Shown here: positions 38,000 through 50,522 of the stretch, piece after piece | Layout: the number at the start of each line of letters is the position of its first letter | Position numbering within the stretch: the first letter of the stretch is position 1 | Source of the DNA: Ostrea edulis | Taxonomy: Eukaryota | Assembly (NCBI RefSeq): GCF_947568905.1 | Contig: NC_079169.1 | Span: 73,966,001-74,030,000 of the forward strand | DNA length: 64,000 bases | Reading direction: 5' to 3' | Notes under the pieces: generated by a model | Databases searched by the model: none | Told to the model about the DNA's origin: nothing | The model's input: only the letters and a program-made list of their open reading frames with translations | Translations under genes and position numbers: made by a program

Positions 38000-38400
38000 T
38001 TACAGCTGGAATCCAGAGAAGGTTGTGATTGGTACACTTTGGGAATAGTAACCTTTTCCCTGGTAACGTTTAACCCACACCGAGTCTCCCTTGTCCAATC
38101 TTAGAACAACCAGGTTAACTCCGGTCTCATAATAATCATTGTCACCAGAGTCATATGCCATCGTTCTGACCTGGGAATTGCCATTCAGTACAATATCTAC
38201 CCGAATTTGCTCAGTATGGTAACTTTGTACACTGACAAAGAAGACATAGTGACCGCCCACGGGGGCAGTGAAGATCCCTGTTCCGGTGTTGTAGCCTCCA
38301 CCCACGTTGTTTATCACCTGGGGAAAAACCAGTGTACCACCGGTCCACGAAGAGGAGCTTGACGTTATCGTAGCGGTAAAGGCCACTTTACTCGACAAAC
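38000..38400 (-). pseudogene. C1qDC copy B exon 3 (C1q domain, intact reading frame)
   Basis: Same splice acceptor. A to V and N to H substitutions versus copy A (SVQSYH versus SAQSYN). Confidence 0.9.
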
Positions 38401-39104
38401 CTAAAATATAAATATTGTCTCCTTATATATTGTCCTGCAGCTATGTTGAGAATGGAGTCTCTAAAAAGGAAACTAAATAAACCTTAAACGCCTCCATCTC
38501 TGAAAGATCATCTCTGACAATGTATTATTAATCAGAAAGGCACGTACTTTATCAATATTACAATGATGAAATAAAAGAAGGTATATTACATAATACACAT
38601 ACTAAATTATTGTTTTCCCGTAAAGAAGCCATTTAGGAAATGTTAAGTATTGTAAACAGATCACAGGTTCTATAAGTGCTCGGATACCGAAAATTATTTT
38701 AAGAATCAGTGACATAAATGACCATGGAAATGCTTCTGATATATAATTTATATTCTTTAGACTTTACACTGTTATCTGATTACATGTATTATACTTGTAT
38801 ATCATCCACATTATGGAATATTAAAAATTCATACAGTACTGAAATATTAAGAAATCTAATCAAAATCTTTGCAATTTGTTCATTTCATAAAACATACTCT
38901 TTACAAAACATAGTGTTATTACCTAATCTACAATATGAATTGATATTATATATATTTTTTCTATTTTCCAACTTTACTCAGCAGAAAAAGCTACACAAAA
39001 TGTGCAGGGGTGTATCACGTGACCTACTATTACCCGATCACGTGGCGATCTGTTTCCTGGTCACGTTAGAAACTATTACCCGATTAATAATATTAGGTAA
39101 TAAA

Positions 39105-39249
39105 AATTATTTCATGCCTACAAGGGAAAGTCAAAACTATTGCCTAGTGGCGAAGACCCGGGAAACTATTGTGACAACAGTTTCCCGGGTTTTCGCCACT
39201 ACCCCGAAACATTAGTTTTGACTGTTTCCTGAATAGGCATGGAACAATT
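39105..39249. mobile_element. Palindromic MITE-like element, unit B
   Basis: Duplicate of 11045-11195 with a small deletion in the left arm. Confidence 0.7.
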
Positions 39250-39279
39250 GTATACATGTAACAATGTAACAATACATAC

Positions 39280-39408
39280 CACAGTGGTTGTTAGTAACAT
39301 TCATTCGGAACACCTCTAAAGATGACACAGTAGACGAGAGTTTTAGTTGTTCATATTCAGCCTTCTTCACTTCTACTTCTAGACTACTAACTGTGCTGTT
39401 CAAATCAT
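39280..39408 (-). pseudogene. C1qDC copy B exon 2
   Basis: 129 bp with intact cag/gt sites; LEVEVK instead of LEAEVK. Confidence 0.85.
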
Positions 39409-39492
39409 CTGCAAAAAAGTATGTTAATATACATTGTATGTACTCAGTTTTAAGGAATTTCCTGAGTCACATTTCGTGTACCATATTGATAT

Positions 39493-39648
39493 NNNNNNNN
39501 NNNNNNNNNNNNNNNNNNNNNNNNNNNNNNNNNNNNNNNNNNNNNNNNNNNNNNNNNNNNNNNNNNNNNNNNNNNNNNNNNNNNNNNNNNNNNNNNNNNN
39601 NNNNNNNNNNNNNNNNNNNNNNNNNNNNNNNNNNNNNNNNNNNNNNNN
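39493..39648. other. Assembly gap (156 N) at the position homologous to the unit A gap
   Basis: N run with the same flanks as 11441-11573. Confidence 1.
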
Positions 39649-39935
39649 TACTGTTACATCATCAATCGGTAAATGTTAATGCGATGTAACGATTTCATAA
39701 ATATACATATATCAAAGTACTGAGAGTACTAATAGGCAGAAGCATGGTTTTTAAAAGTACAAAGTTATCCTTCAACTTGATGTTGTGACATGAAAATCAA
39801 TAAGGATCATATACTCTTTAAGAACAGCCAATGTCTCAAGTTTACTTACTGTCAAATACTTCTCTCAAGATATTGAGCAGACAATGTTTTCCATATTGTA
39901 GAAACATCCATTTTCAACTTGGGCCAATAAAATGA

Positions 39936-40191
39936 TGGTTGGTTGATTATATTTTTCTCGAGAATTTTTCACTCAAATGGAGACATCACCATTGCCAGTG
40001 AAGGACTGCAAAATTTAGGACTATGCTCTGCGCTTATGGCCTTTGAGCAGAGAGGGATCTTTATCGTGCCACACCTGCTGTGACACGAGGCCTCGATTTT
40101 TACGGTCTCGTCCAAAGTACCGCCCCATTTAGTTGTCTCTTACGACAAGTAAGGGGTACTGAGGACCTATTATAGCCCGGATCCCCACGGG
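39936..40191 (-). mobile_element. SINE-like element (duplicate of 12406-12660)
   Basis: Same CCAATAAAATGA flanks. Confidence 0.75.
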
Positions 40192-40702
40192 GCCCAATAA
40201 AATGACTCACAATTCCGTTACAAATCCCATGGGGATCCGGATTAGAATAGGTACTTTATTGAAATATGTTAACAGACGACGTTAAACAAACAGAGGGAAG
40301 TTCCGCTTACTATCAATTGTGAAGATGTTTACCCCCCCCCCCCCCAATCCTGAGACTTAGCTCAAACTCAGCATACTTGCATCCTCTATGATAGAAGAGT
40401 TCTTGTCTGTAAACTGGAGAAGGAGTTTGTGCGAAATAGGTATCTTGTATGCACTTAAAATGATAAATTGATTTAAAGAAAATGAAAATATTGAATGCAG
40501 TGCTGCCTCGATAGTATTTCTGCTAATATCCTACATGATATGAAATACTTTATTCAGGAAGCATGATAATCGTCGACGGTACCGATTCCTGATGAAATAT
40601 TGATTCTGGACAGACTTTTACCGATATCGAGATGTGCTCCTGCTGTCCCTTTAGAAACAGTCTTGTGGATGACTTCATAAAACCAATAATGTTGGATAAA
40701 GA

Positions 40703-41492
40703 CCTGTTTTTATATTCATATGAAGCAGAATTTATTCAAAAATTTCTACGTGAGAAGAAAAAATCTCTCGCTGTGACCTTCAATTCGACTTTTAGATATA
40801 TCGATGACGTTTTGTCTATTAAGAATGATAGCTTTCATTCATATGTCGATTTGATATATCCCTGTGAGCTGGAAATAAAGGACACCACAGAGTCGTCCAC
40901 TTCTGCTTCATACTTTGATATTTTATTGAAAGTAGACATTAACGGCAAACTAACAACTCAACTGTACGACAAACGGGATGATTTCAGCTTCTCCATCGTC
41001 AGCTTCCCACATTTATGTAGCAATATTCCATTATCACCTGCATATGTGTTTATATATCTCAACTGATTCGATATGCAAGAGCTTGTTCTGGGTATAGTCA
41101 GTTTTTTAATCGAGGTAAGCTACTGACAAACAAGTTGATGGTACAGGGATTTCAACAGTCTCGATTGAAGTCAGCATTTCACAAATTCTATGGTCGTTAT
41201 AACGATCTAGTTCGTCAATACAACCTCGCATTGGGTCAAATGCTGTCTGACATATTTCATACCGATTGTTAAGCCGTTCTTGGCACACTGATTTTGACTG
41301 CGGATAACTCCGTTTACTTGATCAGGATATGGGGCTCACGGCGGGTGTGACCGGTCAACAGGGGATGCTTACTCCTCCTAGGCACCTGATCCCACCTCTG
41401 GTGTGTCCAGGGGTCCGTGTTTGCCCAACTATCTATTTTGTATTGCTTGTAGGAGTTATGAGATTGATCACTGTTCGTTATCTTCACCTTGC
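40703..41492 (+). mobile_element. 5'-truncated Penelope/Naiad-type insertion, unit-B-specific, in C1qDC intron 1
   Basis: DLFLYSYEAEFIQK...FRYIDDVLS...KRDDFSFSIVSFPHLCSNIPLSPAY plus 3' UTR. Unit A reads ggataaaga-att-atagatatc at this point. Confidence 0.9.
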
Positions 41493-41569
41493 ATAGATAT
41501 CAATGGTTTCCGTCCCTACTATATACACATCTCTCTGAAGTGGGCGAATATAAAACGAGGCAAATTTTT

Positions 41570-41612
<43 letters not shown>

Positions 41613-41729
41613 TTGCATATTAGTTTTTTGAAAAGATGAGTGTGTCTACAATTTTTGAGGAAAACCTTTGTAAACTTTTCTATCCAGAACCCATCAATTT
41701 TCGCTATTCATGAATTGCATTCTACTTAC

Positions 41730-42453
41730 CGAATAATGACTTTGCCATGCTCTGTTGCACTCTTTCTAGGTCTGACAAGGCAGTTGTCAGTTTTCTACCC
41801 GTGCTTCTCATTTCTCTGCTATACATGGCCATGGAATCATTAACTCTCTCTGAGATCATCATATATTTGTTTTCAACGAGTTCAGGTATATTTTTATCTA
41901 TTTGCAGAGTGTGTTTATTCAGATCCAAAAGTGTAGTGGACAAATAGCGAACCTCGATTTTAAGGTCAGCAAGTACTCCTGATGTGTTCCGTTCAAACCT
42001 TCGTTTTTCGTCAGATAGCTGTTTTTCGAATACACGGTGATTTTCGTCCATTTCCGTGATATTTTCTTTTAAAGCGATAATATTTTCATTACATTTGGTA
42101 ATTTCGCCATTCAGTTTATTGTTCTGGAACTTCAGGGACTGTAACTCTGTCTTCAGTTCGGTTATTTCTCTACCGGTTGTGTCTTTAAGTGACGAAATTT
42201 AACTTTCTGCAGACACAAGGGTTTGTTGCAAGGACACCACGTCCTTCATCAAAACGTGGACATTTTTCACCAATGTCATTCGGATCAACGTCTCCTGATT
42301 TAGTAACTGTCGGAACACATCGACGCTCTTCGTATCAAGTCTACTGAAGTCGATATCTGTTGAGTTATGCATGCTATTGTCTGTTACAACTGATAAACCA
42401 TTGGATCTGAACAAGCATATTGCCACGAACGACAAGCACACCAGTTGCTTCAT
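41730..42453 (-). pseudogene. C1qDC copy B exon 1 with a premature stop (TAA at 42201-42199, codon 85) and a 9-bp in-frame insertion
   Basis: gaa agt TAA att versus gaa agt GAA att in copy A; extra accggttgt at ~42172-42180; exon length 724 = 715+9. Confidence 0.9.
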
Positions 42454-44469
42454 GGTGGAAATGTCTTATTTTGATACGCAATTCAGTTTATATACCCGAC
42501 CAATATTTACAAATCCGTTTATAAGATTTTTCGACCCAGATATTTCTGAATTTTTAGCTCACCCGTGCCATAACATAATTCATCTAGTTCTGATTGTAAC
42601 GGGGACCGTTACACATTTCCCCCAAATGTCCCCCATTTGCAAAGTGCAGCCAATTTGTTTGACATTTTGTTTGAGTCGTTCAATATACACTTTAATTAAT
42701 AATAGCATAACTTTCACTTTATTTCTATGAGTTATGTAAACTAAAGTATATTCAATCAAAATGAACTAAACGTACATACACTTGCTGGTCAGCAATTTTG
42801 ACCATGTCAATTCCGTTAAGCGTCTCAATAGATATATACAGTATCATTTTCAAACTAATTCCTTAAAAAAGCAGGAATATTTTAGACGTTTGAGCATTAT
42901 CCAATCAAAATGAAAGGGGCGGACATGTGTGTTGTTAACTACGATATATATTTAAAACGATTTCATGGGAAAATAAACACTTTACACCGATTCCAAAGTT
43001 CCTGTGCCAAAATTTGATGCACGTACATGCATATGCACACATGTTCAGAGAAATAGCATCCGTTTTGCACATCTACAAATGATATACTATCATCCTAAAA
43101 AGGTTTCAACCTTCTGTAGATTTTTTAGAACACTTCTGGAGAAAAAAGTTCAGGAGAAACACAATAAAGAGAAGAAGAGGAAGAGTAAAAACACTTCGTT
43201 TGGGGAACAGAACTAGTTCTAATTGTACCGGGGACCGTTACCGATGCCCCCCCCCACCCCCCTTTAGAAAGTGGTGCCATTGTGTCTTACCACAACCAAT
43301 CATCTTACATTTAATTCTTCTAAGTTTTTGTAGTTAGTACCTATGATGTCAGTATCATTCCATTTTTCTCATTCACGAGAGATTTACAGGTCATCTAAAT
43401 ATTAGCCAATCAAAATTTAACGCCGGTGTTTGTGCGTGTGTAAGTGATTTTGACTATGCTACATAGAGAGTCCAAAATATGTGTGCCACATAATTTTCGA
43501 AACATTTAATTGAAATCTTGAAATATTAATAGATCCATACCTGATGAAAGAAGTTAAAAATTACAATGTATCATTCATTAGGTATTTGTATTGTAAACCC
43601 ACAGCAAAAATATCACTTTATATCAGTCTTAAATTAGAAAATTATGGCCAATTTGTTTGGGGAAGATAACAAAAATAATAACTAGACACGATCTCGTTTT
43701 GAACAACGAGAAGGTCTTCTGTTTGTTTCTGTGATGCGATAGATGCAATAAAGATTACGATTATGACCATTAACTTTGATCTACAATGCAAAAATATCTT
43801 TAGTTTCAGCAACAGAAAGAATAAAAATTTCGAACATAAGGCCCGTTTAGAACATTCTTTACGTATTGGATTGTCATGTTGATGACGACAGTAATCCGTT
43901 ATTGCCTAACCGTCATTTTCTAATACCAGTAGTTGCAGAACGTCAGAAAGCACAAATTAGCATCAATACTGCTCCACAAATTCTTTATAAATTTTGAATT
44001 ATTATGGAAATATTATTGACATCACATAGCTCCATATCTGAGGGGGTGCTCCCTAAAACTTGATATTGTCGTATCGGTCTTGTCATACTTTGTTCTAAAA
44101 CGTCTAACATACTATATTTCAGTTTCGAGATAATTGGGATATTCATATTTATGTTCTGACCCCAGAATTCCTTAAAGAGATTGCAAGCTTATATATTTTT
44201 GAGAATAAAATTCTGCGCAATTGTTGTCTATAATGCTTTCCAAAATATTTCTCATTGAAGAGATGTAAAGTTTTTCGTACTTTAGTACTTTAAGCAAATG
44301 TCAAAACGAACGACTTTACTTCAATAAAGCTGCTTCATTAATTCGTTAAATTTTTTGAGATATTTAAAAATACTTTATCATATGAGAGATAACCTTATTA
44401 GAAACGAAGTCCTGAGTTATAGTAGGCGTTGGCACGATAAGAACCCTCATGCTACGATCATGAGCAAAA

Positions 44470-44605
44470 TATAGGGCTCACGGCGGGTGTGACCGGTGGA
44501 CAGGGGATGTTTATTCCTCCTAGGCACTTGATCCCTCCTCTGGTATATCCAAGGGTTATGAGAGGAGTTATGAGATTGATTACTGTTCGATATTTTCACC
44601 TTTCA
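44470..44605 (+). mobile_element. Isolated Penelope/Naiad-type 3' end
   Basis: atagggctcacggcgggtgtgaccgg...gagttatgagattgattactgttcg. Confidence 0.75.
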
Positions 44606-45844
44606 TTGATTTTAAGTGGACGGAAAGCAACATTAAAAGGCGACTAGAACATAACTATATGTAATGCAATACATATACCATTGCCAGAGCATATAATAAT
44701 TTTAAAAGTTGATCTCAATAATTCAAAGGACACCAGGGGACACAATCTAATAGTGTAATGGTGATAAGAAGAAACAGAATAAAAACAAAATGTTAAAATA
44801 TTCGTTTGGGGAACTAATTACATAGCATATCTAGGCACTGGCACATTTTGAGGAATACACCGGGATATCCTTGTAAGATAGTATTGTGAACAAAATGTAT
44901 AGATCTAGAGGGCATACTTAAAAATCAAACTGTAGTTTATATATGATGATATTGTATTTCTGACATAACGCAATGGAATGGAAAACGTTTTTTACACTTT
45001 CATTATTGTTTGTTTCGAAAGAGTGCACACATTTTTTGGGCTATGAAGAAGCAAGAAACTAAATAGCATGGCCGAAAAGTTTTTATTTCGCATTAGACAT
45101 ATGAAGTTCACGGGAGTTCTTGGTAATAAGGAATTTAAATTGTGTCGGTGTGAGGCGGAGGAAGTTGCCCATGAGCCTTATAACCGCTTTTGAGAAAAAT
45201 GAACGTAAACAGGAAATAAAAGTCTCATTGGTTTCTGGGAAAAGGGGTTCATGGTGAAGAAATTCAGCATTTTGACAGACGTGTTTGTAAACATAGATGA
45301 AAGGTAAAGATAACGAACAGTGATCAGTCAACAGTGATGTAATTCTTGATTAATCTGACATATTTGAAAAATTCTTGACTCGTGAATGTGTAAATTTAAA
45401 GATTCCACATTAAATATCCATTAGTCATGATATCATAGGAATTACTTAGGCATTTCCCACGAAGTCTTCAAGCTGAGGCAACTATATGTATATGCAATAA
45501 CAGTCAATAGGAACTTCCTTTTCTTTTCTAATCTGAAACTCTCATTCGAAAATAAACACGTCCCGTGATTGCCAAAGGAAGGATTTACATAATCAATATG
45601 GCATACATGATGTAAAGTAGATCTAGATAGTTTTTAATTGATCACTGATATAAATCCAATGCAATGCGTATAAAGAAAACTAAAAATGTCTAAAATTGAA
45701 TAGAAATTGATGTTTATTTCTCCTCATGTTTTGAACGTAACGTCTGTCAGCCACAACACATCGGGGACATTGTTATAAAAAGAGGCATTGTTTACACTAA
45801 TTCTCTTTCCTTTCTTGTCCACTGATAGACAAGATAGATTCTAA

Positions 45845-46326
45845 AGAATCACTGGGCCAATTATAACCAAATTTGGCCAACAGTATCCTTCGGTGAAGGG
45901 CTTTCAAGTTTGTTCAAATGAAGGGCTATATCTCCTTTAAAGGGGAGATAATCCCAAAAATGCAAAATTAGGGTGTGGCCATATAAGATCTTCTTAAGAA
46001 TCACTGGGCCATAAGAGCTGAAATTTACATGAAAGCATTCTGACATAGTGCAGATTCTAGTTTGTTCAAATCTTGATCATGACCCCCGGGGGTAAGATGG
46101 GGCCACAATAGGGGATCAACGTTTTAAAATATATAGAAAAAATCTTTAAAAATCTTCTCAAGAACCATTGAGCCATAGAAGTTTACATTTGCATGAAAGC
46201 TTCCTGACATAGTGCAGATTTAAGTTTATAAAACTCATGGCCCTTGGGGTAAGTTGGGGCCACAATAGGGATAAAAGTTTTACCTGCGAATATATAGGGA
46301 AAATCTTTAAATATGAGCCAAGGTTA

Positions 46327-46361
<35 letters not shown>

Positions 46362-46362
46362 G
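45845..46362. mobile_element. Partial Cg170-type HINE opening unit C; contains the empty site of the solo LTR
   Basis: Colinear with 26828-27249 plus 27872-27942. gaatatataggga has a single TATAG. Confidence 0.85.
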
Positions 46363-46810
46363 ACGAAATGTTTACTTTAAGATTGCAAAGTGTTAACAAT
46401 TGTAATTCAAAACATCGTTTAAAGAACCTTTGACTTGATATAGGTAATTGTAATTGTATAGAAACTGCAACACTTTGGAAGATGTGCATGGTCATATTAC
46501 TATTCCATGAAGCTTATATTTAATGTAATCTTGATAATGATTATGTTTCCACCAAAGAAATATTAAGTTTAGAAGTTTTAAGATACTTGCAATGCATCTT
46601 TCTTTGCTTGAAACATGCACATCCACAGATACAATGTAGATTTGTTAAAATGTCATATTTAATTAAATTTACATGAAAATCAGATGAATGAATAAGAAGT
46701 TGTAAAGACCATGAAAATACTTAATTTCATAAACAAAACGTGTCACCTCCCAGCAATACGAAATATGCCAGTCTACACACATCCGAAAGTGATCTTATCA
46801 TGCTGAGAGA

Positions 46811-47704
46811 ATGAGAAAATACAGAGAGAGTTGGAATGATGACGAAAAACCATGCAGAAAAACAGAGAGAGAGAGAGAGAGAGCTAGAGAGAGAATAAGA
46901 GCATATCGACAGAGGAAAAAAGATCAAAAATCTAGGTCCAGTCAGAATACTGTCAGGATAACCCGTCAAGAATTTAAAAAGGAAGAAGAAAGGAAAAAGA
47001 GAAATGCTGAATATAGAAGGAAATACAGAGCAAAACTTTCCTCCCAAAAGAACAGAAGAATACGTGAAAAAGATGCATTAAGAAAGAAATTAAAGAGAGC
47101 AGAGATAAAGACATCTGAGATCAAAGTATGCACATTGTCAGCAACACCAAAAACAGAACGCAATACAGCAAGTGATTCTTCAATTCCATATAAAACTAGT
47201 GCTGTAATGAAAGCAGTCTATAGGATTAAGGGGAAATTACCAAAATCTCCTAGAAAATTTGCTGAAATAGTTAAAGGACTCGTGGAAAAATCTTCAACTC
47301 ATAAAAAAGAGGTTTTGGCAGAAAAGGGTTTAATGGTCAACAAAATATACACAGATGCCATCAGGGAAATTGATCAAAGTTTAAGAGGAAGAGCAAAATT
47401 AGTTAGAACATTAAGAAAGTCATTTATAAGTAGTATAATAAAAAACCTTAAAAAGTACATTTATGGAACAATCCAAATGGTCAGCACTGAGTTAGGCATT
47501 CACAAAAAATTCTTAAGTTCAGGATGCCTGAAAAAAGACAAGAAGAGAAAAGACTGTTTGGATGAGGCAACAAAAAAATCTGTAAAAACATTCTTCCAAC
47601 AGGATCAAGTTTCAACTAATTTACCAAATAAGAAGTTATTCAAGAAAGACAGTGATGAGAGTAGAGTGTTGCTGGGTGCACTTGACACAACTTATAAGAT
47701 GTAG
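46811..47704 (+). pseudogene. Sola-like transposase N-terminal ORF, unit C (297 aa uninterrupted); remnant continues at 50178-50640
   Basis: MRKYRESW...KAVYRIKGKLPKSPRKFAEIVKGL...STNLPNKK; homologous to the frameshifted A and B copies but more intact. Confidence 0.75.
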
Positions 47705-47747
47705 AAGGAAGTTAACCCAGATCAGAAGATTTTCCTTGACAAGTTCT

Positions 47748-50177
47748 ATGGCGAGCCCTTTTACTATTTATTCGTAAAATAAGATATCTCTTTAAATAAG
47801 AGAGATATTTCTATTCGTTAAAGAGATATCTCTGTAAGTTAGAGAGATATCTTTTTACGCTAGGGAGATATCTCTTTAACTAAAAGAGATATCTCTTTTG
47901 TTTAAAGAGATATCTCTTTAAACAAATGAGATATCTCTTTACGCTTGGGAGATTTCTCTTTGAAAGATATTTCTCAAAGTTGGGGAGATATCTCTCAGAG
48001 ACAAAGAGATATCTCTCTAGCGTAAAGAGATATATCTCTATCGATGTAAAAAGAGTTATCTCTTTAAGTTAGAGAGATGTCTCTTTAAATTTTCAAAAAG
48101 AGATATCTCTTTAACTTAAAGAGATATCTCTTTAGAATTTTTCCCCCGGTGATCATAATGACTTCTCCCTGTTGCATTGTCATTGAAATGATGTAACCCT
48201 ATTTTTTAACCAAGCAAAATACTTCTAGTGGACAAATGGCGGGAAAGGTTGAAGAGGTAGTTGAGGTAACATTGTCAAGTTGCAGAGAGGCGAAATCTAG
48301 TCTAGCTTTCATATTTCATCAATTTATTGTCTTTGTTTTTTTGTTACCTGTATACATTTCACATGCGGTAAAAGCAAAATCTTCCCACGGGATTGCAGCC
48401 ATCAGGGTGTTGCTAAAACGCGGAACGGATCCGGAATTTAAGAATTAGAATGATTAATGTAGATAAGATAACGGTGAAAATCGGGGGGGGGGGGGGTCAT
48501 TTTGATTAAAATCAACAATTTGGGATTGTTTACAAGCTTTATCTTAAACTTTTGCATTATACATTGAGTAAGCGAATTTAGTTAAAAACGTTAATATATG
48601 AATTTACAAGGCATTTTATAAGAATTTTGAAATTTCGGCATTGACAGAGGTGTTAGCGAGCAGTGACACCCATGGGTGGATAATGAAGAGAACACACGTG
48701 GTTTATACCCCCCCCCCCCCCGTGGCAAAACGTCATTAACGCACATATACATGTATTTACACATAATACCGTGTATGTGTGTACTTACAACAGGGAGTGT
48801 GATATGTATAAAATAATAAAGAATAATTCATGATCTTATTTAGTCAACAAGTTAAACATCTTGTGTTTGATATATTATTTTTAATTAACAGGAGACTTAG
48901 TAACCACAGCACCCCAATCCTAAATATGGAGAACTTCTGGCAGTTAATTTTTAAACTAAATACTTGTATAGATTAATATTTGGATTAATAATGAGATGAC
49001 TTTTACTTCCATTCAAGCATAAATTCTGTGTTAGCTTTTTAGCTATTTCATATATTATCTCATATAAATCTGTTAATTCCTCTTTCTATTGGTCGTAAAC
49101 TTCACCCTAGTTAACATTGGTGTTGTTTCAATCTTTCTTTCCCACTGTATCTCTTCAGTTTCAACACTAATCCGCAAGATATCGGTAAATATACGAACTT
49201 TCACATAGATTCATCCCAATTGAGGCAAAACTTTTTTCTTCACCGGACTCGTTCGCTTTAAAATTTGATGTGATACATAATGTATATGACAAAGCCGGGA
49301 AAAATGATGGTGCCAACACACTCTTGCTTGATATTTTTATTAAAACTTACTATGCGAATTATTAGGCAAGCGCCTGTTGGTACATTTATCCACAAAATAC
49401 ACCGTGTAAAATTACATAATAATGCATTAGTATGAGGTATTAATATGAAATGGTGGATTCTGAGGATGACTTCCTGTTCTCTCTGTAATTCCTGCATCCC
49501 TTGTTCATTATAAGCCTTTTGATTTTGCAAAATGTTGACCTCATAACATTATTGCATAATGTATTTTCCGTTTTCCGTTCCGTCTTCAGTTCTATCTTCC
49601 GTTCCGCGTTTTAGCAACACCTCAGCCATCATGGGAAGATTTGCTTTGGCGGGCTTCCGTTTTAGGGAGAATTCCTAAAGTATTCAAATTAATAAAAATA
49701 TTGGAAAGAGATATCTCTTTTTCAATGATTAAAGAGATATCTCTTATACTTTGAGAGATATCTCTCTAGGAATTCTTAGAGAGATATCTCTTTAAGTGAA
49801 AGAGATATCTCTCTTAGTGAAAGAGATATATCTTAAAGTGAAAGAGATATCTCTTTAAGTGTAAGATATATCTCTCAAAGTAAAAGAAATATATCTCAGA
49901 GTAAAAGAGATATCTCTTTAAGTGTAAGAGATATCTCTTTAAGTGAAAGAGATATCTCTCTAAGTGAAAGAGATATCTCTTAAAGTGAAAGATATATCTC
50001 TTAAAGTAAAAGAGATATCTCTTTAAGTGTAAGAGATATCTCTTAAAGTAAATGAGATACATCTCTTAGTGAAAGAGATATGTCCTTTTTAGAGAGATAT
50101 CTCTTTAAAATAAGAGATATCTCTTTAATCTAAAAAGATATCTTATTTTTCAAATAAATAGTAAAAGGGCTTGTCAT
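47748..50177. mobile_element. Foldback-like non-autonomous element with modular AGAGATATCTCT arms and a 9-bp TSD
   Basis: TIR atggcgagcccttttactatttatt / aataaatagtaaaagggcttgtcat. TSD ACAAGTTCT (47739-47747) and ACAAATTCT (50178-50186). The empty site gacaagttctctaaa is seen in units A and B. Confidence 0.85.
48404..49622. mobile_element. hAT-like non-autonomous element nested in the foldback element (8-bp TSD)
   Basis: TIR (c)agggtgttgctaaaacgcggaacgga / ttccgttccgcgttttagcaacacct. CAGCCATC at 48396-48403 and 49623-49630. Empty site in the second foldback copy (~56050). Confidence 0.8.
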
Positions 50178-50275
50178 ACAAATTCTCTAAATTGGAGCTT
50201 AAAGAGGTTAAAACCCAAAAATATAGGAATTTTTTTTACAATGTCTATGTGAATATTGTGAGAATGCCAATTTGA

Positions 50276-50522
50276 TTGATTGATTGAATATTGCTAACGA
50301 GAATATTTCAGTCGTATGGAGACGTCCACCACTGCCGGTGAAGGGCTGCAAAATTTAGGCCTATGCTCGGAGCTTATGGTCATTGAGCAAGGAGGGATCT
50401 TTATCGTGCCAAACCTTCTGTGACACGGGACCTCGGTTTTTGTGGTCTCGTCCGAAGTACCGCCCCATTTATTCACCTCTTACGACAAGCAAGGGGGTAC
50501 TGAGGACCTATTCTAACCCGGG
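50276..50522 (-). mobile_element. SINE-like element at the same transposase site as in units A and B
   Basis: AATTTGA flanks at 50269-50275 and 50523-50529. Confidence 0.75.

Larger units (their letters stand above)
27231..45830. repeat. Segmental duplication unit B (homologous to 1-21115)
   Basis: Colinear near-identity with unit A. C1q exon 3 differs at only 3 of 401 nt. Confidence 0.95.

Noticed and set aside
49814-50062. Repetitive KRYLFHL ORF
   Set aside because: Translation of the AGAGATATCTCT repeat arm.
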